Notes: a model not told the origin generated them from the letters alone. A stretch of DNA of 58,346 nt, filler included, from Bipalium vagum (GCA_037834085.1; 3 parts of 3 records of this genome joined end to end with filler, not necessarily neighbours in it), one strand, 5' to 3'. Shown: positions 1-15,100, counted from the first letter of the whole stretch. Program-made: numbers and translations.

Positions 1-2700
1 ATGTTATGAATATATTTGAGAAGATTTCACAGTGTAACACACCGTGCGATGCTTTAGAAATTACAGAATAGCTATTGTTCACCACTTCCCTTTTCGCCTG
101 GCTGAAAAGTTCATATTTATCAAAGGATGTATATAAATTGATGGGAATGATTTCTCATCCTTTTTGTTAAAAAATAATCATTGAATAGTAAATACCACTC
201 CTGCTCCATGATCGCTTGCGGTTGTGGTTAGTGTATATAATTCAATTTTCATCGCTCATTACTATTCTTTTCAAAAATTAATCCTTGGCTGCACGCTTGA
301 GTAACAAATCTTATATGTTAATGCATTGCATTGAAATCTAACTAGAATAGATTTCACCCTTACACCTAATCCACATTGCCTTATCCAGTCTTCAAAATTA
401 GATATAAAGAAATGTACCCCCACATCCTTAAGGAAATTTTGAGTATTGAATTCCATATTTCCTCCTGAATAACACTTCTGACCTTCCAAGTTTTTTCAAA
501 TGATCTAATGATTAACAATTTATAAGTAAGATTATTTTCTATGAATATAACAGGAAATAAATATTTCCACATCTTCGGGGAATGTTTAATCCAAAAACCG
601 CATACTCGAATTTGACCTCCGGTGCTGAAGAGTCCCTTGAAAGAATGGTTATATTTGAACAAATCTCTGTAATAATAGTATCAAAATTTACAGTAAAATA
701 AATCAATAATGTAAAACTTTTTCCTCATTTTTAAGAAAAAATTCGATTTTTAAATTAAAAATAAATTTACTGTTTTTTGGAATTTTATTAAATTTTTTAA
801 AAATTTTCATTTAGAAAAAAAAATTAACCCAATATATTTTGATTTCGCTTATATTTCTCGTTTAACAGAAGATATTCATTTTTAGCGTATTTCCCAGTTG
901 AAATGTTAGATGAAGCAGAAAGTATAAAATTGCATAATCAATTCATTTCACAATTATTTAAATAAATTATAATAAAATTTAGTGGAACAAAAATTAAATG
1001 AATAAAAAATTCGAAAAATTTCTAAATAATTTGGTGGAATATTTAAGAAATTGGAAACATTTTCTCTAAATTTTTCTATCTAAAAACTGTTGATTTAACA
1101 AAGGTTAAAGGAAAAGAATAATAATTTTTATAATTATAAAATGGTAATCCTTCAGTCAAGTTGCGTAAAATTGACTTAAGTTTCCTGAGTGGCGTAAAAT
1201 TTAGAAGATTTTGAAATAATAATAATATTTGAAAAAAGAGAAATATGCGTTCAAAGCGGGTAATGGTGACTAACACTACAAATAAAAGCGGAAAATGTCG
1301 AACTGTTCTTATGCTGATTACACCTCATGAAGGTGCGACGTTATCAAATAATTAGATGTTTGGTGCTTTAAAATACGTACGCCGCTTTACTGTGATATTA
1401 CCAATGAAACAATATACTGGGAAAACCGAAAATTTGACGTTTTTAAAACTTATAACATTTTATTTGGTATTTACACAAAAAGAAAGAGAAAAGGCAATTC
1501 AAGTTCGAATAACAATCATGTTGGAAAAAAAGATGTATATGTTATAGTTTTATTATAAAGATAACAAAATTAATTGAAAAATAATTCTCGTGATAAAAAT
1601 ACGACAGATTAAGTTCTTCATTTATAAATTAACGAAAACGGTCAAAGATAAATGATCTCAATAGTTTGATCGAAAACCATTGTTAATAGGTCATTGTCTG
1701 AGAAATATTTTTAAATAATAAACTATATAACTTTAAAATAAAATCCTATAATCCAATAACACTTTGACCACCAACCATTGAAAAATGTTACGCTTCAAAC
1801 TGAAATAACATTTATAAAGCGATCGTTTAATTAAATTACTGTCGGAAAATGTTTTTATTAATTAATTTTTTTTATTTTCATTAAAAAATTGATCATTATA
1901 TTTCTCTGTTAATTTTTTCTCCTAAAATTAAAAAATCAATATTTACTTAACGGATTTTGTGGAAAAAAAACAAAAATAATAAAAAATTAAAATTAATAAA
2001 AAGTTACCAAGAATCAAAAAATTGAAAAACATAACCTCATTTGATATAGATATAATCTACAGGTTATTTAATGAAAGAGTTTTTACAAAATTGATTATAG
2101 CATGACAAAGTATATTGTACATGATAATTCAGGTTCAAGTTGAAAGATAGTCATAAAGTATTTGATCATATATCGCGATCCGAGAGCCGGATAACTGCTA
2201 ATGATGACTAAAAGGTTTTTAATTTCTGATTGAATGGTTTAATCATGTTGACCTATCAATATTACGGTGAGATCATTATTGAATAACCTTCTATATACAA
2301 TTATTATGAGGAAATTATGAACTTACTACAAATTAGCTTTCTTTGTTGCTAGAACAATTAATATTTATTTTGAAAAAAACGTGCTTTAATGCAAATATGC
2401 ACTGTTCACAACTGATTTTAAGATCAAAGATTAGATCTCAATTGATTACATAAGATTTGTAAAATCGTAGAAAGAATATAAAAATAATGCAACCTTTGAC
2501 TTAATTAGGTCAAATCATCACTGTGTGCATCCGTCGACCAATCGGAAAAAAGCACACGCGATGACAACTTGTATACACACTATTACAATCATGAACACTC
2601 ACAGTACACACAACACAATGGAATATTAACGTGTTGTTAGTCTGTCAGATAAAGTTAATAGCAGACATCATATTCGATCATATAATTATTTCAAACTTAG

Positions 2701-5700
2701 GATCAGACTCAATAATCGTTGGAGAATTTCAAAGACCTGTCGAGGAATCATTTTTAATGCTAAAGGAAAAACACAAGAAAAACTTGTCGATCTTCCCACT
2801 CCAAAGGAAATTTAGTTTGGAAAAATTAACATTGAAAGATTTATGGCATGGGGACGAGCTACCATATGCCTTAAAGGTAATTTTAAAATGAGAATCTCAT
2901 GAACAGTAGAATTTAAAATTTTAATGATGGAGAATAGTTGATACTAATACTTCTTCAGTTTTACAATTTTTATCAAGTTTAATGGGATAGATTTAATATT
3001 TATTAATTTCCAAAATTGTTTGATTCCTCGAAAGAGTTTTATATCTCAAATTGATCCCCAGTTTTAATGATTATTCTACATTAATATTTTGAGAATATAA
3101 ACCGAAAACAGTGTTCATCTTTACAATTATTAAATTATTCAGAGTAGCCTGGCATTCATCTATCATTATCATCTAAAAACGATCAACGTATTCCGTAGAA
3201 ACGGAAACGAAATCGCTCATGAGAGTATTTGTAATGCTCTGAAAAAGAACATGAACGTTCAACCCTACCTGTCAATTTCGATGATATTTGACATTTGTTC
3301 AGCTGTAAAGGTAATCATTGCATGATTTATTAACAATTTTAGGCATTTCCCTTTCAGGCTTATGTGAGAGACATTCCTAACGGCTTAATGGAAAAGAGAT
3401 TGCAAAGAGAATGGTACAAAACTGCACGATTATTCAATTCTGAAGATATCAAGAAAAGATTAAAAAAGTAATGGTTATGCTTTGATAGACATTATTTATA
3501 TATTGGACCCTTGTGCAGTCTAATACAGAAATTACCTCAGGCTAACAGAAATTTGCTGTTTCACTTTCTGGTGTTGATTTCCGCAATAGTAAAAAACCAG
3601 AAGGAAAACACAATGTCCAGCAAGTCCCTCAGTATTGTTTTCCTTCCCAGTTTCTTTGAGAAAGTGATAAATATAACCGATATCAAAGAACTACCGTATT
3701 TCATGGAATTATTGGAAACCATGATTCTTAATGCAAAGTTTTTAATTGAGCCTGATATTTTCAACAAAATTGAGACCAATTTCAAGGAAATTGGAGAAAG
3801 TCTGGTCATTCAGTCTTCACATATTTCTGAAGAGAAACCTTTGGGTAAAACTTTATTTCCTGTGTTTGTAAAGTATCATAAACATTATAATCTGGTGAAT
3901 AATTATTTTATTTTAATTCGTACATTATACATATTTGAACTGTTCATTAAAACAAAATTATTTTTCTATAAATATACCTCTTATTTAGTTTTATATTATA
4001 TTTATTTCATGTGTGGATTATAAAATTGTTTTTATTTATTTATTCCTCTTCTTTCTTCAATTCTGCACAAATCTTTTCATACTTTTGTTTTAAAATATTA
4101 AAATAAAATAAAATATGAAATATTTTGAAGATTTCCTTCTACATAAAAACTTTGTCGATATAATGGATGTAACGATATGAATAGGAAATATTCCCTCTGT
4201 GACAGACAAGGCTTTTTTCAACCGATATTGATTAGGGTTCAACAGTGAAGGAATATAAATTCAGTATACAAAACAAATCTTAGAAAATATTTTTTTAAAA
4301 ATAAAATAACAATCGTTGTTGTATTGCATAAATATCTGTGTAGACAAAGTACAATAAGAAATAGCTAAAATAATATTTATTAATAACAAAATTTGATATA
4401 TGTACACTTATTTAACAAAAAATATTTTTTTACAAAATCGCAAATTGTTGATCGATTTCGGAATGATGAAAGTTTCGTAGAAATAATTCACAGAATAATC
4501 TTGGATCAGATTATCTCGAATGGAATGCTGTAAATGTTCTGTGGATGTGAATTAATAAAAAGCAAAAATATTAACATGAAAATATAGGGAAAAGAAAGAA
4601 TTGTTACTTTTAATTATTTTTTATCAGGATTATTTTAATTTCAAGAAATCCACAAAATAAATGCTAAAAAAATATTATTTATTTTTTCATTATTGATCGA
4701 GAAGAGAAGAACAAAAAAATTTCCGAATAAATCTTAAAAATTCGATTATAAATTACAATTTGATTTTGTTTTAATAAAATCAATTTCTGAGGTAAAATTT
4801 CGATTCATTGTGAAATGTCGTATTATTCTTTTTAATAAAATAAAATAAAATATTTTCAAAATTAAAAAAGATATTTTTATTCTTAATTTCTATGGAATGG
4901 TAGTACTATATATCATTTATTGTTTTAATAAATGAATTTTCCAACAGTTTTCAATTCTCGAAATCATATCATGTTGGACATGTCTCTCTTTGATCTATCT
5001 GAAATTTTCTTAATCATTTCCATAAAAATTACAGTTCTTTGGTAAAAGTTTCTATGACAATATTTTCAATTTCTTTTACCCAAAAAGTTTATTTATACCA
5101 ATATATTAAAGACATTCATTTGATTTTTTAAGAGTACAGTTTTGTTTTAATCTTTGCAAAATATTATTCTTGGGAAAAATATAAACTTATCAAAAGTACT
5201 AGAAATATTTGTTAATTGATAGAGATTCTACCTTGAGAAAGATATTTCTTTTTCACGAAAGTTCCCAATGTTTTTAATCATTTGGAATTAAATAGAAATA
5301 TCGGGCGGAGTCGGATATGACTTTTATCTTACCACAATTATTAAAAAATTAAAATTATGCAATGCTTTCGTTTTATGAATTTTAGAGTTTATACAAAACA
5401 GTGGGAAGTTTCACCAACCGGTAATATAACTGATAGACTGAAGTTGAGGTGTTTTGTCACAGTTATATTCTTCTGTTGTTTTTACTTAAGCAAAAATTTT
5501 CAAACATGAACCTCACCGTTTTTAAAATTAAATTATTTACTTTATAAAAATTTACCAACATTTATTGTGCCTTTTTTATTTAAAATATGTTAAAAACTCT
5601 AACTTAAAAAATGTAATGATTTTTAAAACTTTAAATTAAAAACATTTAATAATCGTTAATTTAGGCATGAGGTCCCTATTTAAAAATTTCAATCAAACTA

Positions 5701-7242
5701 ATTGTTCGAACAACTCTTTATAGTCAGATTTACTTTTGTTGAATGTCTTAAAAATATATCAACTTGAGTATGAAATATTGATCGGAAATTTAAAGTTGTT
5801 CTAGGGCACATCGGTTTTTATGGAAAGGCGATGATCATTGGTACATCAAGCAAGATAGCGCTTCGTTTTACGTGTTTCGTATCCTTTTTATCCAAAGAAA
5901 AATAATTAGAATGTTCAATTAAAACAAAGTTTGGATTAATTCTCAAAACCTCTACGATTAATTAATGAGAGATTTTTTTATTTCAAATCAAATTTGTTAA
6001 TTTTTTGTTTTTTTACTTATCTTAATTGCTCTTGTAACTAAATTCTTTTATGACTATCGTATTTTGATCTATTGAACTTTACCCCGTAATTAATCGTTGT
6101 GTTTGAGTAAAATGTTTCAACGGCTTATCAACGGACATTTGTAGGGTGCAGACTGCAAATATTTGTGTGAATGATGCAATTGATAACATTGTGCAGAATT
6201 GGTTGAGATAAAAATTCTGTCTTTTTCATTCATGTGACGAAATAAAAACCATTTGACATGTCATTTACTTTCAGAAGAAACCAAAAGATCCCAATATACA
6301 TCCCAAGATTCAGGACTTAACTCGACCAGGTACATTGTTACTACGTACATTATAACCGTTATTACCGTGTTTAGTTTCGTGGACGATAAGGCCAGTCAGA
6401 GTAACAGCAGCAGCAGTCAAATGTTCTCAAACTTTGACAAGAATGGTAATAGCATGGAGGACTTGCTTAATGAATCGGATAGTGTAAATGCAACCACTTC
6501 AAATGAGTCGGACCAAGGGAAATTGCACAAGTCCGATTCTGTCCTGTCCATTACATCATCAATCTGCTCTGATAATGATGATGATATCAATAATGAAAAT
6601 AGCAATTTTCTAAGAAAACCGGATCCGTATCATCAAAAGTGTCAGACTTCAAAACTGAATGAAAATTTCAGTTGTATTGGAACAAAAGTTCATAGCATAA
6701 ACGAATGTCGACTTCATTCAATTCATAACAACCGCAAACCCGGTTATGACAACTGGGATGATGGCAAGCACCATGACTACTGTTATGAGCCAGTGTACAA
6801 TAGGTCTTGCTTCAATATCAATTGCGGTTTGGAATTAACGAAGAGTCTGATAAACAAAGATGAGAAATCCAATGATCAAAGTTCTTATTTCATTCAAAGA
6901 AAGAAACCTATAATCAAGAGATCATCGTGTATAATTAGACCGTTTGAACGAAAAATCAAATCCGTGCTAAATCCTTCAACCAATATTGAAGAATCCAGTG
7001 TAGTTCCAGCCAAGCTGTCGAGTAACGAATCCTGTCCATCTTCTGCACATTCGTCCTACTTAACCATCAACTCCAACAAATCGAGTAAAAACATTGTCAT
7101 CAAATATAAAGCAAAGCGTAACTTTAACTCCAACTGGAAAAGGTTCACAGCTCCAATCAAACTGTCAGAAGACGTTAGAGAAACTTCTGACACCAGTCTT
7201 TCAAGACCAGCCTCAGTGTATCAAGCTGACACATTCACTTGA
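2701..7242 (+). CDS. RhoGAP-domain protein, spliced, 5' end unresolved. Exons 2701-2876, 3143-3310, 3358-3467, 3519-3844, 6275-6329, 6375-7242
   Basis: Phase-consistent GT-AG joins give ELPYALK|SSLAFIYHYHLKTINVFRRNG (arginine finger)...DICSAVK|AYVRDIPNGLM...LIQKLPQANRNLL...NQKENTMSSKSLSIVFLPSF. These are the RhoGAP boxes (FR, K-x-Y/F-x-R-x-L/I-P, LP-x-x-N, N-x-M-x-x-x-x-L-x-I-V-F-x-P). A Ser/Asn-rich tail ends at TGA 7240-7242. Confidence 0.85.
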
Positions 7243-8236
7243 TCAATGTTCCATGATTCCGCCACTGGTCCATCCTTCACTACGTCAGTCAATCTCAAGA
7301 CAGACATGTCTAAATACATTAACGTCGTCTTTAGTTTATTTTTTCTTTGTAGACTTCAATTGTTTTCACCAACGTTCATAGTTGTTTCTTACAGAATTCT
7401 TTGTGCAATGTCAGTGATCTCGGAATCTCTAATTTTCGGATTCCAAAAGCTCACCAATATCAATTTTATTAAAAATTATTTAGAATAAAAATGGAAAATT
7501 TCTTCAATTTAATTTTTTCACCAAAAATGATTGATAAAGATTACCGGTCCCCATCGTGTTCGATGAAGAAACGTGGGTTGGAAAATTGGACTAAATAAAA
7601 CCTTCACATTTTTAATGAAGTTGATAGGCTAGATAAAATTATAAATAAGTAGACATCATAATTAATCATTAATTAATAATTAATAATAATAATAAAAAAA
7701 ATTACAAATTACAAATGTCTACTTGGGGATTGTATTTATAAAAGTTTCATGATGAAAGATTTTTAGTATGGTATGAGCTATTTATATTTATACTACGAAA
7801 TAATTATTATTTGGTGAATAATAAATTAATTAATTAATAATTGTTGGAGTAGGTATATGAAATTGGGAAGTACCTCTAACACTACAAATGTTAATAATTG
7901 TTATATTGTATTTATATTATATATTATTTATTGAAAATATTATTATATCATCGGACCTGGAACCTTTTTCTGATACCCAAACACCTTGGTCGCTCATGAT
8001 TGATATTTAAATCAAACTGATTTTTACATTTTATTTTTTAATATTTTAATCATTCTTAAACTGGAATATTTAATATTGTAAAGATATCAAAGGTTTTTCT
8101 TTCTTCTTTAGATGGGCATCTCTAAATAACTTTGATATTTTTAATTTTACTGTATTGATTTATTAAAATTTTATGTTTTTATTTTAAGCTGTATTTTTTT
8201 TAAAATCAAAAAATATTTTAATTTACCATAATCTAA

Positions 8237-8237
<1 letters not shown>

Positions 8238-8275
<38 letters not shown>

Positions 8276-8303
8276 ACTATTATTATTATTATTATTATTA
8301 TTA
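8238..8303. repeat. Head-to-head (AAT)n/(TAT)n microsatellite palindrome
   Basis: A run of AAT, then CACTAC, then a run of TAT; self-complementary. Confidence 0.85.
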
Positions 8304-8756
8304 ATTAGAAGAAGAATAGCAAAAACAATAACTATAATTATTATTAATAATAAAAATATATAATAATAAAAATGATAATGATAATACTAGTAATAGTAAA
8401 ACGAGTAATAATAATTATAATTATAATTATACTTTAATTATAATTATCATATTTATAGTTATAGTCATAGTTATAATAGTAATGACTCCTTAACTTTTGA
8501 ACGTTACAATTGTAATTGGTTTATGGTTTTGGAAAGGCTTTTATGAATCGTAACCAGGGAGGCATCATTATTATATTGAAATGTGCTTCAAACCTTTCAA
8601 CAAAATAATAATTCTACAATGATGCAATAGAACTTTTCTCTCAGAATTTGTTATTATTTTGTGCAATTATAATTATTATGTATTTGATTGTTATCAAATT
8701 TGTATTGATTATTTTATCAATTATTATTATTTATGTAATTAAGAAGGAAATTCATC

Positions 8757-11700
8757 ATGATAATAGGTCTCATTATATTATTTTCATTACTGCCAGACAA
8801 ATTACACATGATCCATTATTTTCGAATAAGAAATTGTCTATTTGAGTTCTATTCTGACCCAAGTGCTTTCAACGAGTCTTGGTTTATGCCAATTGAGGCT
8901 ATGGAAATAATGGTGGAAAAGGAAACAGAACCGACTTTTCGATGCAATATAGTCAAAAGAGAGTATCATATAAAGTTTAGTTTTTTTCGCCCCTCCAATT
9001 TCAACTCTTTTCAATGTCAAGACTTGGGTGAATATTAACTAGTTACTGAACGTTGGTCTTTATTTTGTTTTAGACGTCCCGATGTCTTTATCCCACATGC
9101 ATATCTTGGCTAATGTAACTGCATTGTATCAGGCAGCTAATTTTGCTCAGAGCCTTTCAAATGACATTTTACATTTACTTAAGATCACTAAGACTCTGGA
9201 AATGGTTCCTAATTTTGTTTTGCCTTTAATAGATATGATAATTGACCTTTCCCAAAGATATTATATACTTTCTGTCCTGGATCAAAAAGAATTATTAATT
9301 TGGTGGGCAACTTTTTATAAATTGAAACCTTTCAATTTCAATTATTTTATTTATATTTTTACGCTTGATAATCTTTTAAAATTCACCTAAAATGAAAGCT
9401 TTTTTAGGTATCCAAATAAGTTCTTGTCTTTTTTATTACATTTATTTATTTATTACATTGTTTATTGCTTATTCCTCAGAAAATCATTTTGTTTTATTAG
9501 ATTACTTTAACCATGTAATTTGATATTTAAAATATCATTAACTCATTTAAGCTTTTAAGTATTCAAAATGGCGGACAGAAATTCAGCCAAAAATAAAATT
9601 TTTTATTATATTTTTTTCCGAAAATATAATCAATCAAAAAAAACCATACCAAGAAGTGTCCAAGATTGTACCGTAAGACACATTGTCATGACTCGCTATT
9701 TTGACATCTCTACATGTTTTCCATATAAATTTATTTATTTCATTCAATTTGATCAAATATATTTGATAATTTCATTTCTTCAATTTTTATTTTTTTAGTG
9801 GTTTGTTTTAATTGAAAATGAATATTATCGTTCATGTCTTTATAACGTTATATATATAACGCTTCTCAGAAAATTTTATTTTGGTCACCTATAATAATAG
9901 TTTATGCAGCTATCTAGCGAATGCACACATGGTTAGTTTCAATTGAAAATTAAATCAATGAGTTAATATTTATTTTTTTATTACCAACGCCGTTGAAAAC
10001 GCTGCCTGTATTACGTTCAGAGTTCTTCAACCTTAGAACATTTATTACCACTGACAAATGAATTTAGAATAAACAAGAATTATTAATTATTATAAATAAA
10101 ATATTTTAAAATAATGTTTTGTTAGATATTAAATATTTAAAACATCAAACACAGGCAAAATTTTTAGAAATATAAAATTTTATCTATTAAAAATATTTAA
10201 GCAAATGATATTTCAAGTTTAGATCTGAAATAATTTTATTATTAATTATTAATTCATTAATAAATGCTGTGTTATTTAATGATATTCTTTTTTGAAAATT
10301 TAATTTACAGAAAATAAATTTTCGCCTATAAATGTTAAAAAATGAAAAACACATTTTTGATAGTCTTTTCAGAATAAATCAGGCTCTTCTGAACAACCAT
10401 TTTGCTATTGAACATCTTGATTTAAAGTATTTCCATTATGCAAGGTTCCAGGTACGAAAGGAGAACATTTTTCAGGTTATTTTGAAGCTGGAATTGAAAA
10501 ATTAGGAAATATATTTTAAGATTTTTGATAATAAACTATATATCATTTTTTTAACAAATTCTCCTCGTATCACATACGGAATTCTGGGACTGAAAAATAT
10601 TGCAACACGTTCAATGTTTTCTGTTCAGAGTTTAACTACAAAAACATTGCCATATAAAATAATAATAGAAAAGAGATCCATTTATGAAGGTTTATCATGC
10701 AATGTCTGGAGTCATAAAGATCAGCCTGGAGAAATATGCAATATTACCCGTATCGTCTATGGTTGGGTTTCCTGTCAATGTTCTCAACTTGGAGTTTGGA
10801 CAATCAAAAAACGAATAAATTTGGTAATTATGAACGGGAAAATAACGTTTTTATGTAAATAAATAGGTTGTAAATAAAAGGATTCGAGAGAGACTAGTGA
10901 CCGGACCTTCAGTGGTCATTCGAAAACTTGGTTACGATTTGAGAGATATGTTAGAAAAGAATTTCAGATACGGCAAGGCGGCAAATGTTCTCTTTCTGTG
11001 CACCATACTCACTTGTCTTTTTAATATCATTCTCAGCACTATTATGATGTAAATCGCTGAATTGTTTTGACCTTATTCTAACTGTATCTTTAGACTTTAT
11101 TACATAAATGTTCTGGAAACCATTTCAAATACAAAGTTAGTTCATAAATTTTTATGTATTATATTATATAATATCTTTATATTATTTTATTAAATGAAAA
11201 TTGCATTTATGAACTTGGATAAATTATAAACTCCCCAAATCGTGGTGGGATGGCAGATGATGAACATTCTTTTAAATGATGATTAATAAAATATTTATAA
11301 ATAATATACAATTCCGAAAGTAAATTATTTTTACAAGATTAATACATATGGGACACCAGGTCACCTTAGAACATGTATCACCGAACAATCAAAATAAATA
11401 GGACCAGTAAATAAATTAGTAAACCTAATCTTTCAGTTTTCTTTAAGTAAACAATTGAACCTTACCTTTCGAAGAAATGTTAAGAATTATTGGTCATTGT
11501 TATTATTGCTAATATTCCAATATTAACCAAGCAAGTTCAAAAACCATTTTAGAAAATTGAAGTTTATCGGCCGAAAATGAGCTTTAAAATGTATCCACGT
11601 TTCACAGATACCGAAGTCCGACTGGCCTCGGAATGCAATCTTAACTGAAAGCATTACGAGAATTAAAGAAAAATGATGAAACTAATAAAAATTATAAAAA

Positions 11701-12101
11701 ATATGATAAAGATGATAACATCATTAATTTAGAGATATAGAATTTTCGAATGGGATTTTTAAACATTGAAATCCTTTATATCATATCTTAATTTATTTTT
11801 TAATTAAAAAAATTATTATTATTTGAAAATACTTTACATGAATTAAAACAAATAAATTTTAGATATTACAAAGAATTAGTAGAATTTAAATTTAATCTTT
11901 ATTTTAAATGAAATATTAATTTTATTCTTTAAAAGTGAATCATTTTAAGATTTTAAAAGTATAAATTTTTTTTATAAAAATAATGATTTTAATAATTTAG
12001 TGATCAGCCGATTTGTATCCATTGTGTTATTTTAATCTATTTTTTCTTGAAATATTTAAAAACTTAATATACAAATAGAAATAGAAAAAATTAATGTTTT
12101 A

Positions 12102-12141
<40 letters not shown>

Positions 12142-15100
12142 TAAAAAAAATAAAAAAAATAATAATAAAATGTATAATAAACCAAATATAAAGCAAAAAA
12201 TATCTAACAAATTTATTGTTTAAATATTATTATAAATTTATTTTTTTATTATTAAACACACCATAATTATATCTATGGAAAATATAATATAAATTTAAAA
12301 TAAAAAGATCCAATGAAGTAATAAAGTTTCATAAAGTAAAGAAAAAAAATTCATTAACTAATTAGCAAAACTTGGTTGGAAAACCTATTCAAAACTACTT
12401 AGATGTCTTCAATAGTCACTCATAAATTGAAAGAGACTGACTTTCTGAAAATAGTTTTAATGTAATAAATGATGTTCATTGGAATTGAGTTTTTATATTA
12501 GACAATTCTCTTTAAATAATTTTGCTGAATTTCCAATTGAATGCGATCAGCGGAAAAATATTGGTTATATTATTTCTATTTTACTATTAAAATTAATAAA
12601 AATAACTTAGTTGAAATGAATTGGAAACAATTCATAATAATTCGGTTTAGTAGTTTTAATTGACTATATTTACTTGAGTCCCGGATTGTTTTATTAAATT
12701 AATTTATCCATATTAAACATGATCTTTATATTTACAAATTTTGAGGTATACCGTAGATACGCGATTTTTTTAGATTCATTTGGAGTGAAATTTGGGGAGT
12801 CGCGGTATTGTCGAGACACAACATTAATTTATTTTATTGGACACTGATTTCACATGTCAGAAACTTTAGAAACTTGTTACGATAGCTAGGGATCGAAATC
12901 GATCGTTTGTTGGCTCAAAAGACGAAATATATCTATTTAGTCGGGAGATGTAGCTCAGCGGTCAGAGCAGTGCATGCGCATGTGAAGGTCCCGGATTCGA
13001 ATCCCGGTATCTCCGATAAATTTTCACTAATACAATGTAAAGTTAATGTTGCTTTGAAAAAATATATATTTTGCCGGTTCACAATACATAGCATTTGGCC
13101 AATTTTTACTCTCGCGTTATACTCGCGTTTTGCATTTTTTAATACTTTTCCACCAAATTTTGTATGTCTCGCGTTATAGTCGGGTAGCGTTATACTCGCG
13201 TATCTACGGTAAGTCTTTTTATAATTAATAGTTCTTGCTAGTTTAGTTTTTATTTTCTACAATAACCTTTAAAATTAATAGTTATGTAATATTAGTAACA
13301 AATGCATTAGAAGAAGCGGGGCAGAAGTAAATTTCAACCATTTTAATACTACCTTTAAATGGCGAACTGGTCTGACTTTATTAACTAATATTATTAAATG
13401 ATACTAATACTTATAAGATATTAGGAGACATTTATAAGTTGACTTTATTTGACTGATTAATGCAGAGACAAATTATCGACATTTTAATTCGTTTTAGAAT
13501 TTTTTATTAATATTTTAAGGTTTTATCATGATATCATTTTTCTTAGATTTTAAATGATAATATTAATTAAATTTTCTGATTTGCTGAAAATATTTAATTT
13601 ACAATTATCTAGAATAATTTTTAAGAATTTATTATTAAATTATTTTTAACTCCCCAATGCAATTTTTGATAGAATGTTAAAATATATCATAAAGAGAGTC
13701 TTCAAATATTTGAAAATAAATTTTGCATTGGAGATGAACATAAAATATTTTTATTTAAGCCATATTTTAATATTGATTTAATTTTAGTAGACAAATAATT
13801 TGTCTTCTTTGCATTTTCTTGTTGAATATCCTACTGTTGCAACCGCAGGCTATGGATCGTTTCAGATCATTAAGATCAAACTATAATACCAGTGAATACA
13901 TAGTAGACACTAAAATTAATTATGATTTATAATGTTTATAATCTATAGGCATGGGGAATTCTTGTTGTCCACTCTATTTGTTCATATACCCTTATGCTGG
14001 GAGGAGTTCAGCTTATATTGTATATTTGTACATCAAACAATGAGGTGTGGACAAAACAGGTGTTCGATAGATTGCTATCTTTGGTCTTTCTCGGTGTCTT
14101 GTGTAAGTTGAAATTCATTTTAAATATAAGAAAAATAAAAATTCGCCAATATATTAAATAATACAGTTTTCCAAAACATTGAAATTATACCGTAATCGAA
14201 GTTTAATAACTTGTTTATTGTCCCCAAGCCAGATGTCTTCAGCTAGAATTTTCAGAAAATAAAATCTTAATCTTTATGTCCCAGAAATATTATTATCCAC
14301 AATATATAATAGAATATTTATAAATGAATAAAATTTGAATAACAAATGAATAACAAATTGAAGTCATACCATATCCTTCGTACTCACCCGATGTTGTAGC
14401 ATCAGACTTCCACTTGTTTTACATCATGTTGTATTTATAACGGGGTAAACGATTTGAGAACAAACAAGATCTGGAAAAGAGTATGTTAGGGTTTATTTAC
14501 TCTAAATTTCTAGAATTGTTTGAAAATGGGATTCGCAAAATTGCAGGACGTTGGACCCCTGTCTGTGACAATGCTGGATTGTATTTTTATTTCGTAATTT
14601 TATGATATAAAATAAAAATTTTGTATTGAAATTTTTGAATTAAAATGGTCACTTTCTGCCACTTTGAATATTAAAATGTGCTTAGTTTCTTTTATAAGTA
14701 CATAAATCAAAGTTGAAAAACCTCTTTTAATTATCGCTAGATGGGAAACCTCTTAACAAATTAGACTAAATGATTTGCTTAATTTCTGAATAAATTTTGA
14801 ATTATGTTTCTCTTTATTTGTAGAAACTAAGCTTGGAAATTCTTTTAATAATTATTTCACTTGAGATATATTATAAAAATATTTTATAATTTTTATATAA
14901 TGATAAAAAAAATTTGTTGGATTTCTTAAAAACTTATTCAGACTATTTTTATTAAAACGTTGTAAATAAATATTTATCTCTAATGTTATGTTATCTTATA
15001 TATTTATATTTTACTTAATTGTAATGTTTGATTTTTATGAATTTATAATATTAGGTTGTTCAGAAAGTTTTGCAAGTATTTTGTTTATTTACATTAAAAT

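Noticed and set aside
1-680. Possible minus-strand spliced gene (ORFs 271-489, 381-662)
   Set aside because: Donor and acceptor-like sites exist, but I could not establish a consistent frame or a recognisable domain.
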